Source: Eledone cirrhosa
Taxonomy: Eukaryota
DNA: 64,000 nucleotides
Assembly: GCA_964016885.1 (NCBI GenBank)
Contig: OZ024747.1
Span: forward strand, 38,130,001 to 38,194,000
Direction: 5' to 3'
Shown: positions 1-14,700 of the stretch, in pieces
Position numbering within the stretch: position 1 is the stretch's first letter
How the letters are laid out: each line of letters starts with the position of its first letter
Notes under the pieces: model-generated
Seen by the model: the letters and a program-made list of their open reading frames with translations, nothing else
Told to the model about the DNA's origin: nothing
Databases searched by the model: none
Position numbers and translations under genes: made by a program

Positions 1-3000
1 GACAGTAAAATATGGTAATGGGGAGATATGATAGTAAAATATGTAATGGGGAGGTAGGATAGTAAAATATGTAATGGGGAGATAGTATAGTAAAATATGT
101 AATGGCGAGATAGTATATTAAAATATGTAATGGGAAGATAGTGTGATAAACTATTTAATGGGGAGAGAGGATAGTAAAATATGTAATGGTGAGATAGGAT
201 ATTAAAATATGTAATGCGGAGATTGTGTGGTAAAATATGTAATGAGGAGATAGGGTGGTAACATATGTAATGGGCCGATAGTGTGGTAACATGCTAATGT
301 GGAGATAGGATGCTAAAATATGGTCATCGGGAGATAGGATAGTAAAATGAGTAATGGGGAGATAGGGTGATAAACTATTTAATGGGGAGATAGGATATTA
401 AAATATGGTAATGGGGAGATAGCATAGTAAAATATGTAATGGGGAGATAGGATAGTAAAATATGTAATGTTTTGTTAGGATAGTAAAATATGTAATGGGG
501 AGATAGTGTGATAAAATATTTAATGGGGTGATAGGATAGCAAAATATGTAATGGTGAGACAGGATAGTAAAATATGTAATGGGGAGAGAGGATAGTAAAA
601 TATGTAATGGAGAGATAGGATAGTTAAATATGTAATGGTGAGATAGGATAGTATAATATGTAATGGGGAGATTGGGTGATAAACAATTTAATGGCGAGAT
701 AGGATAGTAAAATATGGTAATGGGGACATAGGATAGTAAAAAAAGTAATGGGGAGATAGGATGGTAAAATATGTAATGGGGAGATAGGTTAGTAATATAT
801 GTAATGTGGAGATAGGATAGTAAAATATGTAATGGGGAGACAGGATAGTAAAATATGAAATTCGGAGATAGGATAGTGAAATATAGAATCTAGAGACAGT
901 ATAGTAAAATATGGTAATGGCGAGATAGGATATTAACATATGTAAAGGGAAGATAGTGTGATAAACTATTTAATGGGGAGATAGGATAGTAAAATATGTA
1001 ATGGTGAGATAGGATAGTGAAATATGTAATGCGGAGATAGCATAGTAAAATATGTAATGGTGAGATAGGATAGTAAAATACCTAACGTGGAGATAGGATA
1101 GTAAACTATTTAATGTGGAGAAAGGGTGGTAAAATATGTAATGGTAAGATAGGATAGTGAAATATGTAATGGGGACAGAGAGTGGTAATTTGTAGTACTG
1201 GGGAGATAGGATAATGAAATATGTAATGAGGAGATAGTACAGTAAAATAAGGGAATGGGCTGATATGCTAGTAAAATATGTAATGGGGATATAGGGTGGT
1301 AAAATATGTAATGGGGAGATAGGATAATATAATATGTAATGCGGAGATTATGTGGTAAATTATGTAATGAGGAGATAGGGTGGTAAAATATGTAATGGGC
1401 CGATAGGGTGGTAACATAAGGTAAAGTGGAGATAGGATGCTAAAATATGGTAATCGGGAGATAGGATAGTAAAATGTGTAATCGGAAGATAGGGTGGTAA
1501 AATATGGTTATGGGGAGGTAGGGTGGTAAACATGTAATGGGGGGATAGGGTGATAAACTATTTAATGGGGAGATAGGATATTAAAATATTGTAATGGGGA
1601 GATAGCATAGTAAAATCTGTAATGGGGAGATAGGATAGTAAAATACGTAATGTTTTGTTAGGATAGTAAAATATGTAATGGGGAGATAGGATAGTAAAAT
1701 ATGTAATTGGGAGATAGTGTGATAAACTATTTAATGGGGAGATAGGATAGCAAAATATGTAATGGTGAGATAGGATAGTAAAATATGTAATCGGGAGATA
1801 GGATAGTAAAATATGTTATCGGGAGATAGGATAGTAAAATATGTAATGGGGTGATAGGATAGTAAAATTTGTAATGGGGAGATATGATAGTAAAATATGT
1901 AATGAGGAGATAGGGTGGTAAAATATGTAATGGGGAGATAGGGTTGTAAAATATGTAATGGGGAGATAGGATACTAAAATATGTAATTGGGAGATAGGAT
2001 AGTAAAATATGTAATAGCGAGACAGGATGGTAACATATGTAATGGGGAGATAGGATAGTAAAATATGTAATGGGGAAATAGGGTGGTAAAACATGGTAAT
2101 GGGGAGATAGGATAGTAAAATATGGTAATGGGAGATAGGATAGTAAAATATGTAATGGGGTGATAGGATAGTAAAATATGTAATGAGGAGATAACTTGCT
2201 AAAATATAGTACTGGGGAGATAGCATAGAAAAATATGTAATGGGGAGGTAGGATAGTAAAATATGTAATGGGGAGATAGGATAGTAAAATATGTAATAGG
2301 GAGATAGGAGAGTAAAATATGTAATGAGGAGATAGGGTGGTAAAATATGTAATGGTGAGATAGGATAGTAAAATATGTAATGGCGAGAAAGGATAGTAAA
2401 ATATGGTAATGGTGAGATAGGGTGGTAAAATATAGTACTCGGGATATAGGATAATAAAATATGTAATGAGGAGACAGGATAGTAAAATACATAATGGGGA
2501 GATAGGATAGTAAAATATATAATGGGGAGATAGGATAGTAAAATATGTAATGGGGAGACAGGATGGTAAAATATGTAATGGGGAGGTAGGATAGTAAAAT
2601 ATGTTAATGGGGAGGGAGGAGAGTAAAATATGTAATGGGGAGATAGGGTGGTAAAATATGGTAATGGGGGATAGGGTGGTAAAATATGTAATGTGGAGAT
2701 AGGATAGTAAAATATGTAATCGGGAGATAGGGTGGTAAAATATGTGATGGGGTGATAGGGTCGTAAAATATGTAATGGGGAGATAGGATAGTAAACTATG
2801 TAAAGGGAAGATAGGATAGTAAAATATGTAATGGGGAGATAGGGTGGTAAGATATGGTAATGGGGAGATAGGACAGTAAAATATGGTAATTGTGAGATAG
2901 GATAGTAAACTATTTAATGGCAAGATAGGATAGTAAAATAGGTAATGGGTAGATAGGGTGGTAAAATATGTAATGGGGTGATAGGGTGGTAAATATGTAA

Positions 3001-6000
3001 TGGGGAGATAGGGTGGTAAAATATTTAATGGGGAGATAGGATAGTAAAATATATAACGGGGAGATAGGATTGTAAAATATGTAATGGGGAGATAGGGTGG
3101 TAAAATAAGGTAATGGGTTGATAGGATAGTAAAATATGTAATGAGGAGATAGGGTGGTAAAATGCGTAATGGGGAGATAGGATAGTTAAATAAGTAATGT
3201 GGATATAGGGTGTTAAAATAGGGTATTGGGAAGATAGGATAGTAAAATATGGAAATGGGGAGATAGGATAGTAAAATATGTAATCGGGACATAGGATAGT
3301 AAAATATGTAATGGGTAGATAGGATAGTAAAATAAGTAATGGGTAGATAGGGTGGTAAAATATGTAATGGGGAGACAGAGTGGTAAATTATGTAATGAGG
3401 AGATAGGATAGTAAAATATGTAATGAGGAGATAGGGTGGCAAAATATGTAATAGGGAGATAGGATAGTAAAATATATAATGGGGAGACAGGCTGGTAAAT
3501 TATGTAATGTGGAGAATGGATAGTTATATATGTAATGAGGAGATAGGATAGTAAAATATATAATGGGGAGATAGGTTAGTAAAATATGTAATGGGGAGAT
3601 AGGATAGTAAAATATATAATGAGGAGAAAGAGTGGTAAAATATGGTAATGGGGAGTTAGGATAGTAAAATATGGTAATGGGGAGATAGGATAGTAAAATA
3701 TGTAATCGGAAGATAGGAGAGTAAAATATGTAATGAGGAGAAAGGGTGGTAAAATATGGTAATGGGGAGATAGGATAGTAAAATATGTAATGAGGAGATA
3801 GGGTGATAATCTTATTAATAGGGAGATAGAATAGTAAAATATGGTAATGGGGAGATAGGATAGTAAAATGTGTAATGGGGAGAGAGGATAGTAAAATATG
3901 TAATGGGGAGATAGGATAGTAAAATATCTAATCCGGGGATAGGAGAGTAAAATATGTAATGAGGAGATAGGGTGGTAAAATATGTAATGGTGAGATAGGG
4001 TGGTAAAATATAGTACTCTGATATAGGATAGTAAAATATGTAATGAATAGATAGTACAGGAAAATATGGTAATGGGGAGATAGGGTGGTAAAATATGTAA
4101 TGGGGAGATAGGATAGTAAAATGTGTAATGGGGAGATAGGATAGTAAAATATGTAATGTTGAGATAGGATAGTAAAATATGTAATGGGGAGATAGGATAG
4201 TAAAATATCTAATAGGGGGATAGGAGGGTAACATATGTAATGATGAGATAGGGTGGTAAAATATGTAATGGTGAGATAGGGTGGTAAAATAAAGTACTGT
4301 GAGAAAGGATAGTAAAATATGTAATGAGGAGATAGTACAGGAAAATATGGTTATGGGGAGATAGGGTGGTAAAATATGTAATGGGGAGATAGGATAGTAA
4401 AATATGTAATGGGGAGATAGGATAGTAAAATATGTAATGGGGAGATAGGGTGGTAAAATCTGGTAATAGGGTGATAGGAAAATAAAATAATGTAATGGAG
4501 AAATAGGATAATAAAATATGTAATCGGGAGATAGGATAGTAAAATATGTAATCGGGAGATAGGATAGTAAAATATGTAATCGGGAGATAGGATAGCAAAA
4601 TATGTAATCGGGAGATAGGATATTAAAATATGTAATGGGGTGATAGGATAGTACAATATGTAATGGGGAGATATGATAGTAAAATATGTAATGAGGAGAT
4701 AGGGTGGTAAAATATGTAATGGGGAGATAGGTTTGTAAAATATGTAATGGGGAGATAGGATAGTAAAATATGTAATTGGGAGATAGGATAGAAAAATATG
4801 TAAGTGGGAAATAGGGTGGTAAAATATGTAATAGGGAGATAGGATAGTAAAATATGGTAATGGGGAGATAGGATAGTAAAATATGTAATGAGGTGATAGG
4901 ATAGTAAAATATGTAATGAGGAGATAAGGTGCTAAAATATAGTACTGGGGAGATAGCATAGAAACATATGTAATGGGGAGGTAGGATAGTAAAATATGTA
5001 ATGGGGAGATAGGATAGTAAAATATGTAATGGGGAGATAGGAGAGTAAAATATGTAATGAGGAGATAGGGTGGTAAAATATAGTACTCGGGATATAGGAT
5101 AATAAAATATGTAATGAGGAGATAGGGTGGTAAAATATGTAATGGGGAGATAGGATAGTAAAATACGTAATGGGGAGATAGGATAGTAAAATATGGTAAT
5201 GTGGAGATAGGATAGTAAAATATGGTAATGGGGAGATGAGATAGTAAAATAAGTAATGGGATGATACGTTAGTAAAATATGGTTATGGGGAGACAGGATA
5301 GTCAAATATGTAATGGGGAGATAGGATAGTAAAATATGAAATGAGGAATTAGGGTGGTTGAAATATGTAATGGGGTGATAGGGTGGTAAAATATGTAATG
5401 GGGAGATAGGGTTTGTAAAATATGTAATAGGGAGTTAGAATAGTAAAATATGTAATGGGGAGATAGGGTGGTCAAATATGGTAATGGGGAGATAGGATTC
5501 TAAAATATGTAATGGGGAGATAGGGTGGTAAAATATGTAATGGGGAGATAGGATAGTAAAATAGGGTGATGGGGAGATAGGGTGGTAAAATATGTAATAT
5601 GAAGATAGGGTGGTAAAATATGTATTCGTGTGATAGGGTCATAAACTATTTAATAGGGAGATGAGATAGTAAAATAAGTAATGGGATGATACGTTAGTAA
5701 AATATGGTTATGGGGAGACAGGATAGTCAAATATGTAATGGGAGGTAGGATAGTAAGATATGTAATGGGGAGGTAGGATAGTAAAATATGTAATGGCGAG
5801 ATAGTATATTAAAATATGTAATGGGAAGATAGTGTGATAAACTATTTAATGGGGAGATAGGATAGTAAAATATGTAATGGTGAGATAGGATATTAAAATA
5901 TGTAATGCTGAGATTGTGTGGTAAAATATGTAATGAGGAGATAGGGTGGTAAAATATGTAATGGGCCGATAGTGTGGTAACATATGCTAATGTGGAGATA

Positions 6001-8110
6001 GGATGCAAAAATATGGTCATCGGGAGATAGGATAGTAAAATGAGTAATGGGGAGCTAGGGTGATAAACTATTTAATGGGGAGATAGGATATTAAAATATG
6101 GTAATGGGGAGATAGCATAGTAAAATATGTAATGGGGAGATAGGATAGTAAAATATGTAATGGGGAGATAGTGTGATAAAATATTTAATGGGGTGATAGG
6201 ATAGCAAAATATGTAATGGCGAGATAGGATAGTAAAATATGGTAATGGGGAGATAGGATAGTAAAATATGTAATGGGGAGATAGGATAGTAAAATATGTA
6301 ATGGGGAGATAGGTTAGTAAAATATGTAATGGGGACATATGATAGTAAAATATGTAATGGGGAGATGGGATAGTAAAATATGTAATGGGGAGATAGGATT
6401 GTGAAATATATAATGGAGAGATGGGATAGTAAAATATGGTAATGGGGAGATAGGATAGTAAAATATGTAATGTGGAGATAGGATAGTGAAATATATAATC
6501 GGGAGATAGGATAGTAAAATATGGTAATGGGGAGATACGATAGTAAAATATATAATGGTGAGATAGTGTGGTAAAATATGTAATGGGGAGATAGGATAGT
6601 AAAATATATAACGGGGAGATAGGATGATAAAATATGCAATGGGGCGATAGGATACTAAAATATGGTAATGGGGAGTGAGGGTGATAAACTGCTTAATAGG
6701 GAGATAGGGTGATAAAATATGTAATGGGGAGATAGGATAGTAAAATATGAAATGGGGAGGCATGATAGTAAAATATATAATGGGGAGATAGGATAGTAAA
6801 ATAGGTAATGGGGAGATACGTTGATTAACTATTTAAAGGGGAGATAGGATAGTAAAATATGTAATGGTGAGATAGGATAGTAAAGTATGTAATGGGGTGA
6901 TAGGGTGATAAAATATAGTACTGGGGAGATAGGATAGTAAAATATGTAATGGGGAGATAGGATAGTAAAATATGTAATGTGGAGATAGGATAGTAAAATA
7001 TCTAAAGTGGAGATAGGATAGTAAAATATGAAATGAGGAGAAAGGGTGGTAAAATATGTAATGGTGAGATGGGATAGTAAAATATGGTAATGGGGAGATT
7101 GGGTGGTAAAATATGTAATGAGGAGAGAGGGTGTTAAAATATGTAATGGGGAGATAGGATAGTTAAATATGTAATGGGGAGATAGGATAGTAAAATATGT
7201 AATGGGGAGATAGGATAATAAAATATCTACTGGGGAGATAGGATAGTAAAATATATAATGAGGAGAAACGGTGGTAAAATATGTAATGGTGAGATAGGAT
7301 AGTGAAATATGTAATGGCGAGATAGGATAGTAAAATATAGTAATGGGGAGATAGGGTGATAAACTATTTTATGAGGAGATAGGATAGCAAAATATGTAAT
7401 TGGGAGATAGGGTGATAATATATAGTACTGGGGAGATAGGTTAGTAACATATGTAATGGGGAGATAGGATAGTAAAATATGTAATGCGGAGATAGGATAG
7501 TAAATTATCTAATCGGGAGATAGGATAGTAAATAATGTAATGAGGAGAAAAGTTGATAAAATATGTAATGGGGAGATAGGATAGTATAATATGTATTTGG
7601 GAGATAGGATAGTAAAATATGTAATTTGGAGATAGGATAGTGAAATATATAATCGGGAGATAGGATAGTAAAATATGGTAATGGGGAGATAGTATAGTAA
7701 AATATGGTAATGGGGAGAGTGGGTGATAAACTATTTAATAGGGAGATAGGGTGATAACATATAGTACTGGGAGATAGGATAGTAAAATATGTAATGGGGA
7801 GATAGGATAGTAAAATATGTAATGGGGAGATAGGATGTTAAAATATAGTAATGGCGAGAGAGGATAGTAAAATAGGTAATGAGGAGATAGGGTGGTAAAT
7901 ATCTAATGGAGAGATGGGATGGTAAAATATGGTAATGGGGAGATAGGATAGTAAAATATGTAATGGGGAGATAGGATAGTCAAATATTTAATGTGGAGAT
8001 AGGATAGTGAAATATATAATCGGGAGATAGGATAGTAAAATATGGTAATGGCGAGATAGGATAGTAAAATATATAATGGTGAGATATTGTGGTAACATAA
8101 GTAATAGGTT
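1..8110 (+). repeat. Domain A: diverged, mostly monomeric satellite with old imperfect internal duplications
   Basis: Diagnostic variant GTGATAAACTATTTAAT. Imperfect matches: ~100-440 vs ~5780-6120 (offset ~5681), TGTTTTGTTAGG at 468 and 1651, and ~1800-2450 vs ~4570-5100 (ORF ends 2226 vs 4959). The HOR marker GAGACAGCATAGT is absent. Confidence 0.75.
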
Positions 8111-8760
8111 GGTAAAATATGGTAATGGGGAGATAGGATAGTAAAATATATAACGGGGAGATAGGATAGTAAAATATGTAATGGGGAGATAGGGTGGTAA
8201 AATATGTAATGGGGAGATAGGGTAGTAAAATATGTTAATGCGGATTTAGGATAGTAAAATATGTTATGGGGAGAAAGGTTATTAAAATATGTAATGCGGA
8301 AATAGGATAGTAAAATATGGTAATGGTGAGACAGCATAGTAAAATATGGTAATAGGGAGATAGGATATTTAAATATGGTAATGAGGAGATAGGGTTTTAA
8401 AATATGGTATTGGGGAGATATGATAGTAAAATATGTAATGAAGAGATCGTATAGTAAAATATGGTAATAGGGAATTATGATAGTAAAATATGGTAATGGG
8501 GATATAAGATAGTAAAATATGTTATGGGGAGATAGGGTGGTAAAATATGTAATGGGGAGATAGGATAGTAATATATGCAATAGGGAGCTAGGATAGTAAA
8601 ATATGTAATCGGGAGATAGGGTGGTAAAATATGTAATGGGGAGTAGGATGTAAAATATGTAATGGGGAGATAGGATAGTAAAATATGTAATGGGGACATA
8701 GGATAGTAAAATATGTAATGGGGAGATAGGGTGGTAAAATATGTAATGGGGAGATAGGGT

Positions 8761-11700
8761 AGTAAAATATGGTAATGGGGAGATAGGGTTTTAAAATACG
8801 GTACTGGGGAGATAGGATAGTAAAATATGTAATGAGGAGATAGTATAGTAAAATATGGTAATGGGGAATTATGATAGTAAAATATGGTAATGGGGATATA
8901 AGATAGTAAAATATGTTATGGGGAGATAGGGTGGTAAAATATGTAATGGGGAGATAGGATATTTAAATATGGTAATGAGGAGATAGGGTTTTAAAATATG
9001 GTACTGGGGAGATATGATAGTAAAATATGTAATGAGGAGATCGTATAGTAAAATATGGTAATAGAGAATTATGATAGTAAAATATGGTAATGGGGATATA
9101 AGATAGTAAAATATGTTATGGGGAGATAGGGTGGTAAAATATGTAATGGGGAGATAGGATAGTAATATATGCAACAGGGAGATAGGATAGTAAAATATGT
9201 AATCGGGAGATAGGGTGGTAAAATATGTAATGGGGAGTTAGGATGTAAAATATGTAATGGGGAGATAGGATAGTAAAATATGTAATGGGGACATAGGATA
9301 GTAAAATATGTAATGGGGAGATAGGGTGGTAAAATATGTAATGGGGAGATAGGGTAGCAAATTATGGTAATGCGGAGTTAGGATAGTAAAATATGTTATG
9401 GGGGAGAAAGGTTATTAAAATATGTAATGGGGAAATAGGATAGTAAAATATGGTAATGATGAGACAGCATAGTAAAATATGGTAATGGGGAGATAGGCTA
9501 GTAAAATATGTAATGGTGAGATAGGGTGATAAAATATGTAATGGGAGATAGAGTAGTAAAATATGGTAATAGGGAGATAGGATATTTAAATATGGTAATG
9601 AGGAGATAGGGTTTTAAATATGGTACTGGGGAGATATGATAGTAAAATATGTAATGAGGAGATCGTATAGTAAAATATGGTAATAGGGAATTATGATAGT
9701 AAAATATGATAATGGGGATATAAGATAGTAAAATATGTTATGGGGAGATAGGGTGGTAAAATATGTAATGGGGAGATAGGATAGTAATATATGCAATAGG
9801 GAGATAGGATAGTAAAATATGTAATCGGGAGATAGGGTGGTAAAATATGTAATGGGGAGATAGGATAGTAAAATATGTAATGGGGACATAGGATAGTAAA
9901 ATATGTAATAGGGAGATTGGGTGGTAAAATATGTAATGGGGAGATAGGGTAGTAAAATATGGTAATGCGGAGTTAGGATAGTAAAATATGTTATGGGTGA
10001 GAAAGGTTATTAAAATATGTAATGGGGAAATAGGATAGTAAAATATGGTAATGGTGAGACAGCATAGTAAAATATGGTAATGGGGAGATAGGCTAGTAAA
10101 ATATGTAATGGTGAGATAGGGTGATAAAATATGTAATGGGAGATAGAGTAGTAAAATGTGGTAATAGGGCGATAGGATATTTAAATATGGTAATGGGGAG
10201 ATAGGGTTTTAAAATATGGTACTGGGGAGATATGATAGTAAAATATGTAATGGGGAGATAGGGTGGTAAAATATGTAATGGGGAGATAACGTGGTAAAAT
10301 ATGTAATGGGGAGATAGGGTGATAAAATATTTAATGGGAGATAGAGTAGTAAAATATGGTAATGGGGAGATAGGGTTTTAAAATACGGTACTGGGGAGAT
10401 AGGATAGTAAAATATGTAATGCGGAGATAGTATAGTAAAATATGGTAATGGAGAATTATGATAGTAAAATATGGTAATGGGGAATTCAGATAGTAAAATA
10501 TGTTATGGGGAGATAGGGTGGTAAAATATGTAATGGGAAGATAGGATAGTAAAATATGCAATAGGGAGATAGGATAGTAAAATATGTAATCGGCGGATAG
10601 GGTGGTAAAATATGTAATGGGGACATAGGCTGGTAAAATAAGTAATGGGGAGTTAGGATACTAACATATGTAATGGGGAGATAGGATAGTAAAATATGTA
10701 ATGGGGAGATAGGGTGGTAAAATATGTAATGGGGAGATAGGGTAGTAAAATATGTTAATGCGGATTTAGGATAGTAAAATATGTTATGGGGAGAAAGGTT
10801 ATTAAAATATGTAATGGGGAAATAGGATAGTAAAATATGGTAATGGTGAGACAGCATAGTAAAATATGTTAATGGGGAGATAGGCTAGTAAAATATGTAA
10901 TGGTGAGATAGGTTGATAAAATATGTAATGGGAGATAGAGTAGTAAAGTATGGTAATAGGGAGATAGGATATTTAAATATGGTAATGAGGAGATAGGGTT
11001 TTAAAATATGGTACTGGGGAGATATGATTGTAAAATATGTAATGAAGAGATCGTATAGTAAAATATGGTAATAGGGAATTATGATAGTAAAATATGGTAA
11101 TGGGGATATAAGATAGTAAAATATGTTATGGGGAGATAGGGTGGTAAAATATGTAATGGGGAGATAGGATAGTAATATATGCAATAGGGAGATAGGATAG
11201 TAAAATATGTAATCGGGAGATAGGGTGGTAAAATATGTAATGGGGAGTTAGGATGTAAAATATGTAATGGGGAGATAGGATAGTAAAATATGTAATGGGG
11301 ACATAGGATAGTAAAATATGTAATGGGGAGATAGGGTGATAAAATATTTAATGGGAGATAGAGTAGTAAAATATGGTAATGGGGAGATAGGGTTTTAAAA
11401 TACGGTACTGGGGAGATAGGATAGTAAAATATGTAATGAGGAGATAGTATAGTAAAATATGGTAATGGGGAATTATGATAGTAAAATATGGTAATGGGGA
11501 TATAAGATAGTAAAATATGTTATGGGGAGAGAGGGTGGTAAAATATGTAATGGGGAGATAGGATATTTAAATATGGTAATGAGGAGATAGGGTTTTAAAA
11601 TATGGTACTGGGGTGATATGATAGTAAAATATGTAATGAGGAGATCGTATAGTAAAATATGGTAATAGGGAATTATGATAGTAAAACATGGTAATGGGGA

Positions 11701-14700
11701 TATAAGATAGTAAAATATGTTATGGGGAGATAGGGTGGTAAAATATGTAATGGGGAGATAGGATAGTAATATATGCAACAGGGAGACAGGATAGTAAAAT
11801 ATGTAATCGGGAGATAGGGTGGTAAAATATGTAATGGGGAGTTAGGATGTAAAATATGTAATGGGGAGATAGGATAGTAAAATATGTAATGGGGACATAG
11901 GATAGTAAAATATGTAATGGGGAGATAGGGTGGTAAAATATGTAATGGGGAGATAGGGTAGTAAATTATGGTAATGCGGAGTTAGGATAGTAAAATATGT
12001 TATGGGGGAGAAAGGTTATTAAAATATGTAATGGGGAAATAGGATAGTAAAATATGGTAATGATGAGACAGCATAGTAAAATATGGTAATGGGGAGATAG
12101 GCTAGTAAAATATGTAATGGTGAGATAGGGTGATAAAATATGTAATGGGAGATAAAGTAGTAAAATATGGTAATAGGGAGATAGGATATTTAAATATGGT
12201 AATGAGGAGATAGGGTTTTAAAATATGGTACTGGGGAGATATGATAGTAAAATATGTAATGAGGAGATCGTATAGTAAAATATGGTAATAGGGAATTATG
12301 ATAGTAAAATATGATAATGGGGATATAAGATAGTAAAATATGTTATGGGGAGATAGGGTGGTAAAATATGTAATGGGGAGATAGGATAGTAATATATGCA
12401 ATAGGGAGATAGGATAGTGAAATATGTAATCGGGAGATAGGGTGGTAAAATATGTAATGGGGAGATAGGATAGTAAAATATGTAATGGGGACATAGGATA
12501 GTAAAATATGTAATGGGGAGATTGGGTGGTAAAATATGTAATGGGGAGATAGGGTAGTAAAATATGGTAATGCGGAGTTAGGATAGTAAAATATGTTATG
12601 GGGGAGAAAGGTTATTAAAATATGTAATGGGGAAATAGGATAGTAAAATATGGTAATGGTGAGACAGCATAGTAAAATATGGTAATGGGGAGATAGGCTA
12701 GTAAAATATGTAATGGTGAGATAGGGTGATAAAATATGTAATGGGAGATAGAGTAGTAAAATGTGGTAATAGGGCGATAGGATATTTAAATATGGTAATG
12801 GGGAGATAGGGTTTTAAAATATGGTACTGGGGAGATATGATAGTAAAATATGTAATGGGGAGATAGGGTGGTAAAATATGTAATGGGGAGATAACGTGGT
12901 AAAATATGTAATGGGGAGATAGGGTGATAAAATATTTAATGGGAGATAGAGTAGTAAAATATGGTAATGGGGAGATAGGGTTTTAAAATACGGTACTGGG
13001 GAGATAGGATAGTAAAATATGTAATGCGGAGATAGTATAGTAAAATATGGTAATGGAGAATTATGATAGTAAAATATGGTAATGGGGAATTCAGATAGTA
13101 AAATATGTTATGGGGAGATAGGGTGGTAAAATATGTAATGGGAAGATAGGATAGTAAAATATGTAATCGGCGGATAGGGTGGTAAAATATGTAATGGGGA
13201 CATAGGCTGGTAAAATAAGTAATGGGGAGTTAGGATACTAACATATGTAATGGGGAGATAGGATAGTAAAATATGTAATGGGGAGATAGGGTGGTAAAAT
13301 ATGTAATGGGGAGATAGGGTAGTAAAATATGTTAATGCGGATTTAGGATAGTAAAATATGTTATGGGGAGAAAGGTTATTAAAATATGTAATGGGGAAAT
13401 AGGATAGTAAAATATGGTAATGGTGAGACAGCATAGTAAAATATGTTAATGGGGAGATAGGCTAGTAAAATATGTAATGGTGAGATAGGTTGATAAAATA
13501 TGTAATGGGAGATAGAGTAGTAAAATATGGTAATAGGGTGATAGGATATTTAAATATGGTAATGAGGAGATAGGGTTTTAAAATATGGTACTGGGGAGAT
13601 ATGATAGTAAAATATGTAATGAAGAGATCGTATAGTAAAATATGGTAATAGGGAATTATGATAGTAAAATATGGTAATGGGGATATAAGATAGTAAAATA
13701 TGTTATGGGGAGATAGGGTGGTAAAATATGTAATGGGGAGATAGGATAGTAATATATGCAATAGGGAGATAGGATAGTAAAATATGTAATCGGGAGATAG
13801 GGTGGTAAAATATGTAATGGGGAGTTAGGATGTAAAATATGTAATGGGGAGATAGGATAGTAAAATATGTAATGGGGACATAGGATAGTAAAATATGTAA
13901 TGGGGAGATAGGGTGATAAAATATTTAATGGGAGATAGAGTAGTAAAATATGGTAATGGGGAGATAGGGTTTTAAAATACGGTACTGGGGAGATAGGATA
14001 GTAAAATATGTAATGAGGAGATAGTATAGTAAAATATGGTAATGGGGAATTATGATAGTAAAATATGGTAATGGGGATATAAGATAGTAAAATATGTTAT
14101 GGGGAGAGAGGGTGGTAAAATATGTAATGGGGAGATAGGATATTTAAATATGGTAATGAGGAGATAGGGTTTTAAAATATGGTACTGGGGAGATATGATA
14201 GTAAAATATGTAATGAGGAGATCGTATAGTAAAATATGGTAATAGGGAATTATGATAGTAAAACATGGTAATGGGGATATAAGATAGTAAAATATGTTAT
14301 GGGGAGATAGGGTGGTAAAATATGTAATGGGGAGATAGGATAGTAATATATGCAACAGGGAGACAGGATAGTAAAATATGTAATCGGGAGATAGGGTGGT
14401 AAAATATGTAATGGGGAGTTAGGATGTAAAATATGTAATGGGGAGATAGGATAGTAAAATATGTAATGGGGACATAGGATAGTAAAATATGTAATGGGGA
14501 GATAGGGTGGTAAAATATGTAATGGGGAGATAGGGTAGTAAATTATGGTAATGCGGAGTTAGGATAGTAAAATATGTTATGGGGGAGAAAGGTTATTAAA
14601 ATATGTAATGGGGAAATAGGATAGTAAAATATGGTAATGATGAGACAGCATAGTAAAATATGGTAATGGGGAGATAGGCTAGTAAAATATGTAATGGTGA

